From NCBI GenBank assembly GCA_002360495.1, contig DEQO01000066.1, positions 10,563-74,562 on the forward strand: a stretch of 64,000 bases of DNA, written 5' to 3'. This DNA comes from Flavobacteriales bacterium UBA3364. Its GTDB lineage: Bacteria; Bacteroidota; Bacteroidia; Flavobacteriales_F; PHOS-HE28. This document shows, one piece after another, positions 20,107 to 30,314 of the stretch. The position numbers and the translations under genes were made by a program. Below the pieces are notes generated by a model that had not been told where the DNA came from, ran no database searches, and saw only the letters and a list, made by a program, of their open reading frames with translations. The first letter of the stretch is position 1. Each line of letters starts with the position of its first letter.

Positions 20107-20328
20107 CGGTTTGGTGGGGGCCAAAAGTATGCCGTTCACAAAGTGCCACGGTCCATGTGCCAACGGATGAGGGACCCGTGCGATCGAGCCGACGTGCGAT
20201 ACCCCATCGGGCCTGCAACACCTTGGTGGACAATGTACTTCGTTGTGAATGTTATTTAGAATAGCTCTAAATAGTGACATCCCCATGGCAAGTCTTCAAC
20301 CGTGCAGCCCCACGATCGGTCCGCCGTG

Positions 20329-20336
20329 TATTTTTG
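20329..20336 (+). promoter_or_regulatory. candidate Bacteroidota -7 promoter box (TAnnTTTG) upstream of actA
   Basis: TATTTTTG is an exact match to the TAnnTTTG consensus and lies 34 nt upstream of the actA ATG. No convincing -33 element was seen. Confidence 0.3.
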
Positions 20337-20369
20337 CGGCCGGACAAACGGATGTAGGTCCCTCCTAAA

Positions 20370-21698
20370 ATGCTCGGAATGCCGCTTGTAGCAAGGATTT
20401 CAGAACGTTCCACCGGGCTCCTTCACGCAACCCTCGCACTCGTCCTTTTCCTGTTCTCGGCCGCAGCTCAGGCCCAACCTGCCGACGCGGCCTTGTATGC
20501 CCAGGGGGAAAAGCTCTTCAAGGGCAACTGCGCAAGCTGCCACAAGCCCGATAAGGACCTCACGGGTCCGGCCTTGAAGGGTGCCCGTGCCCGCTGGGAA
20601 GGGAAAGGCGACATCTATGCCTGGGTCAAGAACAGCACCGCATATCTCAAGACGGGCAACCCGTACGCCAACGAACTCTTCGCCAAGTGGAACAAGAGCG
20701 TAATGACCGCACAGGCGCTCCAGGATGCGGAGATCGATGCTGTGCTATACTACACGGACAACTATGCTCCGCCGGTCGGCCCCAAGCCACCTACGGATCC
20801 GAACCCGGAACCAGGGACATCCGTTAGCAATTGGCCATGGCTCGTTGTCATCGCACTCCTTTTGTTGATCGTTGGCATTTCGCTCAGTGGTGTCAAGAGG
20901 AGCCTGACCAACGCGGTCCTCGAAGCAGAAGGCAAGGAGCCCCTGCCGGACATGACCACCGGTCAGAAGATCCGCAATTGGGCTTGGCACAACAAGGCGT
21001 TCGCGAGCATCATCGGCCTGTTCATAGTGGTCTTCCTGACGCTGAAAGCGTGGGATGCGGCTTGGGTGGTCGGTGTCTATGGCGGTGATGAAGTGGAGCA
21101 CTACAAGCCGGAGCAGCCGATCAAGTTCAACCACACGCTGCATGCAGGCAAGGTGGACAAGGGCAACCTCGCGATCAACTGCCAGTATTGCCATAGCAGC
21201 GCGGAGAAGAGCAAGCACGCCGGGATCCCCAGCACCAATGTGTGCATGAACTGCCACCAAGCCGTGGCCGAAGGGCGTACCCCGGAGGGCACCAAGGAGA
21301 TCGCGAAGATCTACGCCGCTGTGGGCTGGGATGGCAAGGCATACACCGGCAAGCCGGAGCCTGTGAAGTGGGTGAAAGTGCACAACCTGCCCGATCACGC
21401 CTACTTCAACCACGCACAACACGTTGCCGTGGGCAAGTTGGAGTGCCAGGAGTGCCATGGCCCGATCGACGAGAAGATGGACGTCGCCGAGCAATGGGCG
21501 CCGCTCACCATGGGCTGGTGCATCAAGTGCCATGCCGAGAAGGATGTGAAGATGGCCGGCAACGGCTACTACGACGAGATCATGGCCCGCTTGGAGGAGA
21601 CCGACATGGGCCACCAGGAATTGAAGAAGTATCTGGAGGACGAGAAGATCAGTGTGAAGGAGCTTGGAGGCTGGGAATGCTCCAAGTGCCACTACTAA
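20370..21698 (+). CDS. actA: alternative complex III subunit ActA (multihaem cytochrome c with N-terminal monohaem domain)
   Basis: Six CxxCH motifs (CASCH, CQYCH, CMNCH, CQECH, CIKCH, CSKCH); first gene of the actABCDEF order. Confidence 0.85.
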   Translation: MLGMPLVARISERSTGLLHATLALVLFLFSAAAQAQPADAALYAQGEKLFKGNCASCHKPDKDLTGPALKGARARWEGKGDIYAWVKNSTAYLKTGNPYANELFAKWNKSVMTAQALQDAEIDAVLYYTDNYAPPVGPKPPTDPNPEPGTSVSNWPWLVVIALLLLIVGISLSGVKRSLTNAVLEAEGKEPLPDMTTGQKIRNWAWHNKAFASIIGLFIVVFLTLKAWDAAWVVGVYGGDEVEHYKPEQPIKFNHTLHAGKVDKGNLAINCQYCHSSAEKSKHAGIPSTNVCMNCHQAVAEGRTPEGTKEIAKIYAAVGWDGKAYTGKPEPVKWVKVHNLPDHAYFNHAQHVAVGKLECQECHGPIDEKMDVAEQWAPLTMGWCIKCHAEKDVKMAGNGYYDEIMARLEETDMGHQELKKYLEDEKISVKELGGWECSKCHY

Positions 21699-21714
21699 GA
21701 ACACCGCGCGCCGC

Positions 21715-24700
21715 ATGTCGAGCACGAAGCGATATTGGATGGATCTCGGGGACCTGCACCAGGAACCCGGAACGATCAAGGGCCGTGAGAACGAGTTCCG
21801 CCAGGACCTCGCGATCGATCAGGTCATCGGCGAAGCCTCTTTCGGCAACGCCAACACGGGCCGTCGTGATTTCCTGAAGTTCCTGGGCTTCGGCTTGGGC
21901 GCCGCCTCCCTCGCGGCCTGCGAAACACCGGTCATCAAGTCGATCCCTTATGTGACCAAGCCGGAAGACCTGGTCCCCGGTGTTGCCAACTGGTATGCCA
22001 GCACGTTCTACGACGGAGAGGACTATGCCAGCATCCTGGTGAAGACGCGCGAAGGCCGTCCCATCCACATCAAGGGCAACCCGCAATTCGGCATCAACCG
22101 CAACCCCGCACTGGCCAAAGGCAGCGTGAACGCGCGGATCAACAGTTCGATCCTTTCGTTGTACGACAACGAGCGGGTCAAGAGCCCGATGATGAAGGGC
22201 GCCGAGGGCATGACCGCCGCTACGTGGGCGGATGCCGACAAGGCCGTAGCAGCAGGGTTGGCCGCTGCTGCGGGCAAGCGCATCGTGATCCTCACGAACA
22301 CGGTGATCAGCCCCAGCACCAAGGCCGCGATCGCAGCGTTCCAAGCGAAATTCGGTCCCGGTCCCGCTACGGTCGATCCGGCCGCTACCGCACCGGCCGG
22401 TGGGGTTGGGCATATCCAGTACGACACGATCAGCTACAGCGGCGTTACCAACGCCAACCTGACCAGTTTCGGCAAGCGTGTATTCCCGAACTACGACCTG
22501 ACCAAGGCCGATGTCATCGTGAGCGTTGATGCGGACTTCCTGAGCAATTGGGGGAGCAGCACCGAGTACACCTGGCAATACGCCACGCGTCGGAACCCGG
22601 ATATGCCGATGAACCGGCACTTCCAGTTCGAGGCCCGCATGAGCATGAGCGGTGCCAACGCCGATGTGCGCGTCCCGTTGAAACCGAGCGAACTGCCGAA
22701 AGCGGTGATCGCCTTGCACGCACACATCAGCGGTTCGGGCGCCGGTGCCGATGCCGCCATGATGAAGGCGACCGAAGGCGCTGCCAAGGCGTTGATGGCC
22801 GCGAAAGGCCGCAGCCTGGTATTGGCGGGCAGCAACAACGAAGGCGTGCAGGTGCTGGTGAACAGCATCAACAGCATGCTGGGCAACTACGGTAGCACGA
22901 TCGATCTGTCGGGCACGGCCTTCAAGCAGGGTGACGATGCGGCCGTTGCGCAACTTGTGAAGGACATGAACGCAGGCGCAGTGGGCGCCCTGTTCATCGC
23001 TGGCGTAAATCCGGCTTACACGCTGCCGAACGCGGCGGAGTTCAAGGCCGGTCTGGCCAAGGTGCCGTTGACGGTGAGCTTCAGCGACCACGCTGACGAG
23101 ACCGCCAGTCTGTGCAAGTGGATCTGCCCGGACAGCCATGCGTTGGAGAGTTGGAACGATTTCAGCCCGAAGCCCGGCCACTACGCGCTGGCGCAACCTG
23201 CGATCCGCCCGTTGTTCAGCACCCGCCAATGGCCTGAGAGCCTGCTGGCGTGGAGCGGTTCGTCCACGAACTACCATGATCATGTAAAGGCCACCTGGCA
23301 GACGGCCATGGCCGCGATGGCCGCTTCCATGCCGTTCGAGGATACATGGAACATGGCCGTCCACAACGGTGTGCTGCAAGCCTATACACCGACCGCCGAG
23401 GTCGCCGTATTCGCGGGAGATGTTGCCGCCGCTACCGCCGCCGCGCAGAAGGCGGGCACGGGTGGTGGTGAATTCGAACTCGCCCTCTATACCACCGAAG
23501 CCATCGGCAACGGCCAGCACGCCAACAACCCGTGGTTGCAGGAGATGCCCGATCCGCTCACCAAGATCACGTGGGACAACTACGTGTGCATGAGCCCGAC
23601 GGATGTGGAGCGTCTTGGCCTGAACATGTACCTGGGCGAACAAGCCCCGGCCAGCATGGTCTCCGTGAAAGCGGGCGACCGTGAAGTGGTCCTTCCCGTG
23701 GTACCGACACCCGGCCAGAAGACCGGCACCATCGCTATTGCACTGGGTTACGGCCGCGGCGAGAACGGTGAGAAGGTCGGCCGCGCGGCATGTGTCACCG
23801 ATCATAACGGCGATTGGAAGCCTGTCGGCAGGAACGCTTATCCGTTCACCAGCCTCGTCAACGGTACGGTGAGCTACGACGTTCTGAACGTCAGCGTAAC
23901 GGCAACGGGCGAAACCTACCCGATGGCCATCACGCAGACGCACTTGACGGACATGGACCGTCACAGTGTGGTGAAGGAGACATCGATCGCCACCTACAAG
24001 GCCGGCGATAAGACCGTTTACAACCATCCGCACATGCTCGGCGTCCACGAGGACGTCAACGGCGACGGTGTCATCAACGCGCAGGACAAGAAGCCTGTGG
24101 CCGAGTTCGATCTCTGGGAGGAACATCCTGTGGAGAACGTCGGGCATCGTTGGGGCCTCAGCATCGACCTGAACGGCTGCATCGGTTGCGGAGCCTGCAT
24201 CACGGCGTGCAACAGCGAGAACAACATCGCCGTGGTGGGCAAGGACGAAGTGCGCCGGAGCCGCGAAATGCATTGGTTGCGCATCGACCGCTACTACAGT
24301 TCGGCCACCACCAAGGAGACCGCCAAGAAGGACGGTCTGGGTAAGATCGACATGTACCTCAAGATGGAGGTGCCCGAAGAGAGCCCGACCGTGATGTTCA
24401 TGCCTGTGATGTGCCAGCATTGCAACCACGCACCGTGCGAAACAGTGTGTCCGGTAGCCGCCACCACGCACAGCAACGAAGGCCTCAACCAGATGGCCTA
24501 CAACCGATGCATCGGCACACGGTACTGCTCCAACAACTGCCCGTACAAGGTCCGTCGCTTCAACTGGTTCAACTACGTGAGCGAGAAGTTCGGCGAAGTG
24601 AACCCGGCATGGGACGATCTCGGCCGCATGGTATTGAACCCTGATGGGACCGTTCGCGGTGACGGGGTGATCGAGAAGTGCAGCATGTGCGTGCAGAGCA

Positions 24701-24954
24701 TCCAGGCCGGTAAGCTGGCCGCCAAGAAGGCCGGCACTCCGGTGCAGGACGGAGCCATCGAGACCGCATGCAGTGCCGCCTGCGGAACAGGTGCCATCGT
24801 ATTCGGCGACCTGAACGACAAGAAGAGCATGGTGCGCGGCCTGTCCGACAGCGATCGCAGTTACCACATGCTGGAAGAGGTCGGTGTAAAGCCGAATGTG
24901 AATTACCTGGTGAAGGTGCGTAACACCGAAGAGGCCGCCGCACATCACGCTTAG
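21715..24954 (+). CDS. actB: alternative complex III subunit ActB (molybdopterin-oxidoreductase-like plus Fe-S domain)
   Basis: ORF 21664..24954; start at ATG 21715. Twin-arginine signal RRDFLKFLGFGLGAASLAAC and C-terminal ferredoxin clusters (CIGCGACITAC, CQHCNHAPCETVCP, CIGTRYCSNNCP). Confidence 0.9.
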   Translation: MSSTKRYWMDLGDLHQEPGTIKGRENEFRQDLAIDQVIGEASFGNANTGRRDFLKFLGFGLGAASLAACETPVIKSIPYVTKPEDLVPGVANWYASTFYDGEDYASILVKTREGRPIHIKGNPQFGINRNPALAKGSVNARINSSILSLYDNERVKSPMMKGAEGMTAATWADADKAVAAGLAAAAGKRIVILTNTVISPSTKAAIAAFQAKFGPGPATVDPAATAPAGGVGHIQYDTISYSGVTNANLTSFGKRVFPNYDLTKADVIVSVDADFLSNWGSSTEYTWQYATRRNPDMPMNRHFQFEARMSMSGANADVRVPLKPSELPKAVIALHAHISGSGAGADAAMMKATEGAAKALMAAKGRSLVLAGSNNEGVQVLVNSINSMLGNYGSTIDLSGTAFKQGDDAAVAQLVKDMNAGAVGALFIAGVNPAYTLPNAAEFKAGLAKVPLTVSFSDHADETASLCKWICPDSHALESWNDFSPKPGHYALAQPAIRPLFSTRQWPESLLAWSGSSTNYHDHVKATWQTAMAAMAASMPFEDTWNMAVHNGVLQAYTPTAEVAVFAGDVAAATAAAQKAGTGGGEFELALYTTEAIGNGQHANNPWLQEMPDPLTKITWDNYVCMSPTDVERLGLNMYLGEQAPASMVSVKAGDREVVLPVVPTPGQKTGTIAIALGYGRGENGEKVGRAACVTDHNGDWKPVGRNAYPFTSLVNGTVSYDVLNVSVTATGETYPMAITQTHLTDMDRHSVVKETSIATYKAGDKTVYNHPHMLGVHEDVNGDGVINAQDKKPVAEFDLWEEHPVENVGHRWGLSIDLNGCIGCGACITACNSENNIAVVGKDEVRRSREMHWLRIDRYYSSATTKETAKKDGLGKIDMYLKMEVPEESPTVMFMPVMCQHCNHAPCETVCPVAATTHSNEGLNQMAYNRCIGTRYCSNNCPYKVRRFNWFNYVSEKFGEVNPAWDDLGRMVLNPDGTVRGDGVIEKCSMCVQSIQAGKLAAKKAGTPVQDGAIETACSAACGTGAIVFGDLNDKKSMVRGLSDSDRSYHMLEEVGVKPNVNYLVKVRNTEEAAAHHA

Positions 24955-24974
24955 AGGATAACGAAGAGGACCCC

Positions 24975-26363
24975 ATGCACGCAGAAGCAGCGATCCGAGA
25001 ACCCCTTATCCTGGGCCATAGGACGTATCACGATATCACCAACGATATCGTCGGTCCGATCGAGAACAAGGCCCCGCGCGGCTGGTATGTGCTCATCACC
25101 ATCGCCGGCCTGATCGCCGCGTACGGTGTGGGCTGCATCATGTACCTCCTCAGCAAAGGGGTCGGTGTATGGGGATTGAACAAGACGGTGGACTGGGCCT
25201 GGGACATCACCAACTTCGTTTGGTGGGTGGGGATCGGTCACGCGGGTACGTTGATCAGCGCGGTGTTGCTCTTGTTCCGTCAGAAGTGGCGGATGGCGAT
25301 CAACCGTTCCGCGGAAGCGATGACCATCTTCGCCGTGATCATGGCGGGAACGTTCCCGCTGATCCACATGGGTCGTCTGTGGGTGGGCTACTGGGTGTTC
25401 CCGTTGCCCAACCAGTTCGGTTCGCTCTGGACCAACTTCAACAGCCCGCTGCTGTGGGACGTGTTCGCGATCTCGACCTACTTCTCCGTATCGCTGGTGT
25501 TCTGGTACATCGGCCTTATCCCGGACTTCGCCACCATCCGCGACCGCCTCACCAAGCCGGGCATGAAGCGCTTCTACAGCATCCTCAGTTTCGGCTGGAC
25601 CGGTAACGCGAAAGCCTGGACGCGTTTCGAGGAGGTGAGCTTGGTGCTCGCCGGTGTTGCGACCCCGCTGGTGTTCTCGGTGCACTCCGTCGTGAGCTTC
25701 GACTTCGCCACCTCGGTGATCCCCGGATGGCACACCACCATCTTCCCGCCCTACTTCGTGAGCGGTGCCGTGTTCAGCGGTTTCGCCATGGTACAGACGC
25801 TGTTGCTGGTGATGCGCAAGGTGATGCACCTCGAAGCGTACATCACCAAGAAGCACGTGGAGTACATGAACATCGTGATCATCGTCACGGGTTCCATCGT
25901 CGGTGTGGCCTATATCACCGAGTTGTTCATCAGCTGGTACAGCGGCGTCGAGTACGAGAGCTACGCCTTCATCAACCGCGCTACCGGTCCCTACTGGTGG
26001 GCATACTGGAGCATGATGACCTGCAACGTGATCAGCCCGCAGCTGTTCTGGTTCAAGAAGCTCCGGACCAACCTGGCCTTCACCTTCTTCATGAGCATCA
26101 TCGTGAACATCGGCATGTGGTTCGAGCGCTTCGTGATCATCGTGACCAGCCTGCACCGCGACTACATGCCCAGCAGCTGGACCATGTTCCACCCCACGTG
26201 GGTCGATGTAGGAACGTTCCTCGGAACGATCGGCATCTTCTTCACGCTGTACCTGCTCTTCGCGCGCTACTTCCCGGTGGTGGCGTTGAACGAGTTGAAG
26301 TCGATCCTGAAGACGAGCGGCGAGAGCTACAAGAAGGAAGCCGCTCACCATCACCACCATTGA
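24975..26363 (+). CDS. actC: alternative complex III subunit ActC (NrfD/PsrC-like quinol-interacting membrane subunit)
   Basis: 462-aa polytopic membrane protein directly after actB; NrfD-like pattern. Confidence 0.9.
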   Translation: MHAEAAIREPLILGHRTYHDITNDIVGPIENKAPRGWYVLITIAGLIAAYGVGCIMYLLSKGVGVWGLNKTVDWAWDITNFVWWVGIGHAGTLISAVLLLFRQKWRMAINRSAEAMTIFAVIMAGTFPLIHMGRLWVGYWVFPLPNQFGSLWTNFNSPLLWDVFAISTYFSVSLVFWYIGLIPDFATIRDRLTKPGMKRFYSILSFGWTGNAKAWTRFEEVSLVLAGVATPLVFSVHSVVSFDFATSVIPGWHTTIFPPYFVSGAVFSGFAMVQTLLLVMRKVMHLEAYITKKHVEYMNIVIIVTGSIVGVAYITELFISWYSGVEYESYAFINRATGPYWWAYWSMMTCNVISPQLFWFKKLRTNLAFTFFMSIIVNIGMWFERFVIIVTSLHRDYMPSSWTMFHPTWVDVGTFLGTIGIFFTLYLLFARYFPVVALNELKSILKTSGESYKKEAAHHHHH

Positions 26364-26368
26364 GCACC

Positions 26369-26902
26369 ATGGCGAACAAGGTCATCTACGCCGTTTACGA
26401 GGATCCCGAGCAGCTGAAGGACGGCGCGCGTAAGCTGGTGTCCAGCGGTGTGAAGGTGAAGGACGTGTACTCGCCCTTCCCGGTCCACGGTCTGGACCCG
26501 ATCATCGGCATCAAGCGCACACGCTTGGGGATCGCGGCCTTCATGTACGGCATCGGCGGTACGTCGCTGGCTGTGCTGGGCATCACCTATTTCATGATCT
26601 GGGATTGGCCGATGAACATCGGTGGCAAACCGAGCCAGGCGTTATACAAGAACATCCCGGCGTTCATCCCGGTGATCTTCGAGTTCACCGTGTTGTGCGC
26701 AGCGCATGGTATGGCGATCACCTACATGATCCGCAACAAGACCTTGCCCGGCATGCCGGCCCGCAACCCGGACCCGCGCACGACCGACGACAAGTTCATC
26801 ATCGAGGTACGCACTGCGGACAACCACGGCCACAGCGCCGAGACCATCACCAGCCTGCTGCGCACCACCCCGGTGTTCGAGATCAACGAACGCCAGTACT
26901 GA
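26369..26902 (+). CDS. actD: alternative complex III subunit ActD (DUF3341-like)
   Basis: ATG 26369 within ORF 25727..26902 (MANKVIYAVYEDPEQL...). Soluble N-domain plus two TM helices; position matches the operon order. Confidence 0.85.
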   Translation: MANKVIYAVYEDPEQLKDGARKLVSSGVKVKDVYSPFPVHGLDPIIGIKRTRLGIAAFMYGIGGTSLAVLGITYFMIWDWPMNIGGKPSQALYKNIPAFIPVIFEFTVLCAAHGMAITYMIRNKTLPGMPARNPDPRTTDDKFIIEVRTADNHGHSAETITSLLRTTPVFEINERQY

Positions 26903-26904
26903 CC

Positions 26905-27585
26905 ATGATCAAGAGCAAGCGTACCCAAACGGTCACGGTCGGCGCCCTTTCGCTGATGGTGTTGTCGATGGCCTCCTGCGGCGGCGATCCCAACAGCCCC
27001 GGCGTCGAGTACATGCCCGACATGTACCGCAGTCCGGCCGTGGAGGCCTATGTGGATTACGGCCAGGATCCTTATCATTTCAGCGAGGAGATCGCCCAGC
27101 GGCAACGGAACACCCAGAGCGCCAAGCTGCCACCGGCAGGCACGATCCCGTTCTCTGCGGATCCCGCGAAGGCACGGTTCAACATGCCCTATCCGTACCC
27201 GAACACCACGGACGGTTACGAAGCAGCCGGCCTCAACTTGAAGAGCCCGATCGCGATGACCGAGGCCACGGTCGAACAAGGCAAGGTGATCTACACCAAG
27301 TTCTGCATGCACTGCCACGGCGAGAAGGGCCAGGGCGATGGTGGCGTGGTGAAGAACGGCAACTATCCGACCCCGCCCGCTTACGACGGTGCGGCATTGA
27401 AAGGGCTTCCGGAAGGCAAGATCTTCCATAGCCTTATGTACGGGAAGAACCTGGCCATGGGCCCGCATGCCTCGCAGTTGGACAAGGAGGAGCGCTGGCT
27501 CGTGGTGCAATACGTGAAGTACTTGCAGAACGGAGGAAAGATGACCGCCGCTACATCGGACAGCACCACGACCGCAGCCCTTTGA
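26905..27585 (+). CDS. actE: alternative complex III subunit ActE (monohaem cytochrome c lipoprotein)
   Basis: ATG 26905 within ORF 26605..27585. Lipobox LSMASC and a single CMHCH haem motif. Confidence 0.85.
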   Translation: MIKSKRTQTVTVGALSLMVLSMASCGGDPNSPGVEYMPDMYRSPAVEAYVDYGQDPYHFSEEIAQRQRNTQSAKLPPAGTIPFSADPAKARFNMPYPYPNTTDGYEAAGLNLKSPIAMTEATVEQGKVIYTKFCMHCHGEKGQGDGGVVKNGNYPTPPAYDGAALKGLPEGKIFHSLMYGKNLAMGPHASQLDKEERWLVVQYVKYLQNGGKMTAATSDSTTTAAL

Positions 27586-27610
27586 TCGGCACGATAACGG
27601 AACCGCAGCG

Positions 27611-28876
27611 ATGAATTTCACCCTCAGCAATCGGGCACGCAGCATCACCCTCGGAACGATGATCCTGGGCGCACTGGCCACCGTGGCCGGTGTAATGGGC
27701 GATCACAGCGATCACCACCAGCACTCGTGGGCCAGCCTGCTCGTCAATGGCTTCTTCTTCTTCGGCATCTCCCTGGGTGCCCTGTTCTTCTTCGCGCTGC
27801 AGAACGCCACCGAAACGGCCTGGACCGTCCTGCTGAAACGCGTTTACGAAGGCATATACAGCTACCTCCCGATCGGTGCGGTGGTGATCGTGGTGATCAT
27901 GGCCGCAGGCAGCCTGCACATGCACCACCTCTACCACTGGATGGACCACACCCTCTACCACGAGTACATGGTTGGTGAGGGGCATGAGGCGGAGTACGTG
28001 GACGAAGCCGTTCAGGGCGCTGTCGCCAATCCGAACTACGATGCCCTGATCGCGAACAAGAAGGCCTACTTGAACCAGCCGTTCTTCTGGTTGCGCACGC
28101 TGCTGTATCTCGGGGTCTTCATCGGCTTCGCACGCTGGTTCCGCAAACAGAGTCTGCAGATGGACACGGAGACCGGTGAAAGCCTGGTGAAGCGGGTGCT
28201 CCTGAACTACCGTCGCAGCGCATTGTTCCTCGTGTTCTTCGCCGTGTTCAGCAGCACGCTGGCGTGGGACTGGATCATGAGCATCGACACACATTGGTTC
28301 AGCACCCTCTTCGGCTGGTACACCTTCGCCGGCATGTGGGTAAGCGCGATGATCACCGCTGTGATCCTGGTGCTCTACCTGAAGCGCAAAGGATACCTGC
28401 CACAGGTGAACAACAGCCATATCCAGGACATGGGCAAGTGGGTGTTCGCCGTGAGCTTTTTGTGGAGCTACCTCTACTTCAGCCAGTTCATGTTGATCTG
28501 GTACAGCAACATCCCCGAGGAGATCACCTATTTCCAGCAGCGGATCAACGAGCATCCCGTCCTGTTGTGGTCCGTGTTCTTCATCAACTTCGCCGTCCCC
28601 ATGGTGTTGCTCATGAGCCGCGACGCCAAGCGCAACCCACGTTTCTTGATCGGCGTGGGCACGGTGATCTTCATCGGCCACTGGCTGGATGTGAACATGA
28701 TGGTGATGCCCGGAAGCGTCGGCCATGACTTCCATGGTATCGGACTGTTGGAGATCGGGATGTTCCTGATGTTCCTCGGGCTCTTCCTCTACACCGTGCT
28801 GAACGCTTTGACCAAGGCGCCGCTCACCGTGGTGAACCACCCGTACCTGGAGGAAAGCGTACATCACCAGATCTGA
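27611..28876 (+). CDS. actF: alternative complex III subunit ActF (second NrfD-like membrane subunit)
   Basis: 421-aa polytopic membrane protein; last gene of the act cluster. Confidence 0.85.
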   Translation: MNFTLSNRARSITLGTMILGALATVAGVMGDHSDHHQHSWASLLVNGFFFFGISLGALFFFALQNATETAWTVLLKRVYEGIYSYLPIGAVVIVVIMAAGSLHMHHLYHWMDHTLYHEYMVGEGHEAEYVDEAVQGAVANPNYDALIANKKAYLNQPFFWLRTLLYLGVFIGFARWFRKQSLQMDTETGESLVKRVLLNYRRSALFLVFFAVFSSTLAWDWIMSIDTHWFSTLFGWYTFAGMWVSAMITAVILVLYLKRKGYLPQVNNSHIQDMGKWVFAVSFLWSYLYFSQFMLIWYSNIPEEITYFQQRINEHPVLLWSVFFINFAVPMVLLMSRDAKRNPRFLIGVGTVIFIGHWLDVNMMVMPGSVGHDFHGIGLLEIGMFLMFLGLFLYTVLNALTKAPLTVVNHPYLEESVHHQI

Positions 28877-28881
28877 TACAC

Positions 28882-29022
28882 ATGGAAGCCCTACTCCTTC
28901 TCTCGATCGCCACCGTTGGCGTTTGGACCACCATCCGGTTGGTGCAGGTGCGTAGGTTGACGCTGCGCTTCGAGCAGGTACGGCACCGGAACCTAGAACA
29001 AGACCGCCCTTTCAAGGGTTGA
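28882..29022 (+). CDS. possible 46-aa single-TM peptide between actF and ctaC (not in supplied ORF track)
   Basis: Hand translation from ATG 28882 gives MEALLLLSIATVGVWTTIRLVQVRRLTLRFEQVRHRNLEQDRPFKG, with stop TGA at 29020-29022. It fills the 161-nt gap and has a hydrophobic helix followed by a basic tail. Confidence 0.3.
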   Translation: MEALLLLSIATVGVWTTIRLVQVRRLTLRFEQVRHRNLEQDRPFKG

Positions 29023-29037
29023 TATACCGAGCGAACG

Positions 29038-30294
29038 ATGACGAAGTTGTTGATCCTGATCGTGGTGCTGCTGGGCATCCTCGCGGTGGCCCAGCTTGCC
29101 CGCGTCTACGAACTCACATCGCGCCTTCGGGGCAAACGGGAGGAGGAGATCTCGGACGGCGACAACCGCTTCAATGGCCGCATGCTGTGGCTGTTCGTAC
29201 CGGTGTATTTCGCCTTCTTCCTGTGGCTGGTGTTGGCCTACAAGGACAAGTTGCTCCCCGTTGCGGCCAGCGAGCACGGGGTCGAGACCGACTGGTTGTT
29301 GGATTTCAACTGGTGGATCCTGATCATCGTATTCGTCATCACGAACATCCTGCTGTTCTGGTTCGCCGGGAAATACCTTCACGACAAGAACAAGCGCGCT
29401 TTCTGGCAACCGCACAACAACAAATTGGAGCTTGCCTGGACGATCGCTCCAGCCGCGGTGCTGGCGGTGATCATCATTTACGGGCTTCAGAGCTGGGCAA
29501 AGATGACCAGCCCGGCCTCGCCGGATGCCGCCGTGGTGGAATTGTACGCCCGTCAGTTCGATTGGACGGCCCGTTACCCTGGCGCCGACGGTGGGCTGGG
29601 TGCTACGGACTTCCGCCTGATCAACGGCACGAACCCTCTTGGCATCGTCACGCAGGAGAGCATCAGCACACGCCTCGCCGAACTGGATGCGGAGATCCAT
29701 CGGACCGACAGCTTGTTGGAACATGGCATCCTGGCCCCGAGCAAGGCGGATGAACTCACGGAGTCCGTGGGACGCATGCGCCGCAACGCCACCCGCATCA
29801 TCAACCTGCGCACCTTGATGGAACAGGACATCGCTGAGAAGGGACAGGCCAGCGCTTACCTGCACGGAGCGGACGACATCGTGATCAAGGAGTTCCATCT
29901 CCCCGTGCGTCAGGAGGTGAAGTTGTTGATACGCAGCCAGGACGTGATCCATAGCGTCTACCTGCCTCACCTGCGCTCCCAGATGAACGCGGTGCCGGGT
30001 ATGACCACGACCATCAAGATGGTGCCGACGATCACCACGGACAGCATGCGTATGATCACGAAGAACGACGCCTTCGATTTCATCCTGCTTTGCAACAAGA
30101 TCTGTGGTGCCTCGCACTACAACATGCAGATGCCGTTGGTGGTCACCGACGCGAAGTCGCACGAAGCATGGATGACCAAGGCGATGGAAAAACCCTTCCA
30201 GGCGCCCCCGACCCCTGCTGCGCCTGCTGCATCTCCGGCGGATACGACCCAGGTCGCACCTGCCGTCGTAGCCCAGGCCCACACGACGAACTGA
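29038..30294 (+). CDS. ctaC: cytochrome c oxidase subunit II
   Basis: Two N-terminal TM helices and a CuA-type motif (DVIHSVYLP...CNKICGASHYNM); sits directly upstream of subunit I. Confidence 0.9.
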   Translation: MTKLLILIVVLLGILAVAQLARVYELTSRLRGKREEEISDGDNRFNGRMLWLFVPVYFAFFLWLVLAYKDKLLPVAASEHGVETDWLLDFNWWILIIVFVITNILLFWFAGKYLHDKNKRAFWQPHNNKLELAWTIAPAAVLAVIIIYGLQSWAKMTSPASPDAAVVELYARQFDWTARYPGADGGLGATDFRLINGTNPLGIVTQESISTRLAELDAEIHRTDSLLEHGILAPSKADELTESVGRMRRNATRIINLRTLMEQDIAEKGQASAYLHGADDIVIKEFHLPVRQEVKLLIRSQDVIHSVYLPHLRSQMNAVPGMTTTIKMVPTITTDSMRMITKNDAFDFILLCNKICGASHYNMQMPLVVTDAKSHEAWMTKAMEKPFQAPPTPAAPAASPADTTQVAPAVVAQAHTTN

Positions 30295-30314
30295 ACCGAT
30301 AGGAACTGACGACC

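Noticed and set aside
21649-26360. 1099-aa and 469-aa minus-strand ORFs
   Set aside because: Antisense shadows of actB and actC, and the sense strand carries unmistakable ACIII homology.
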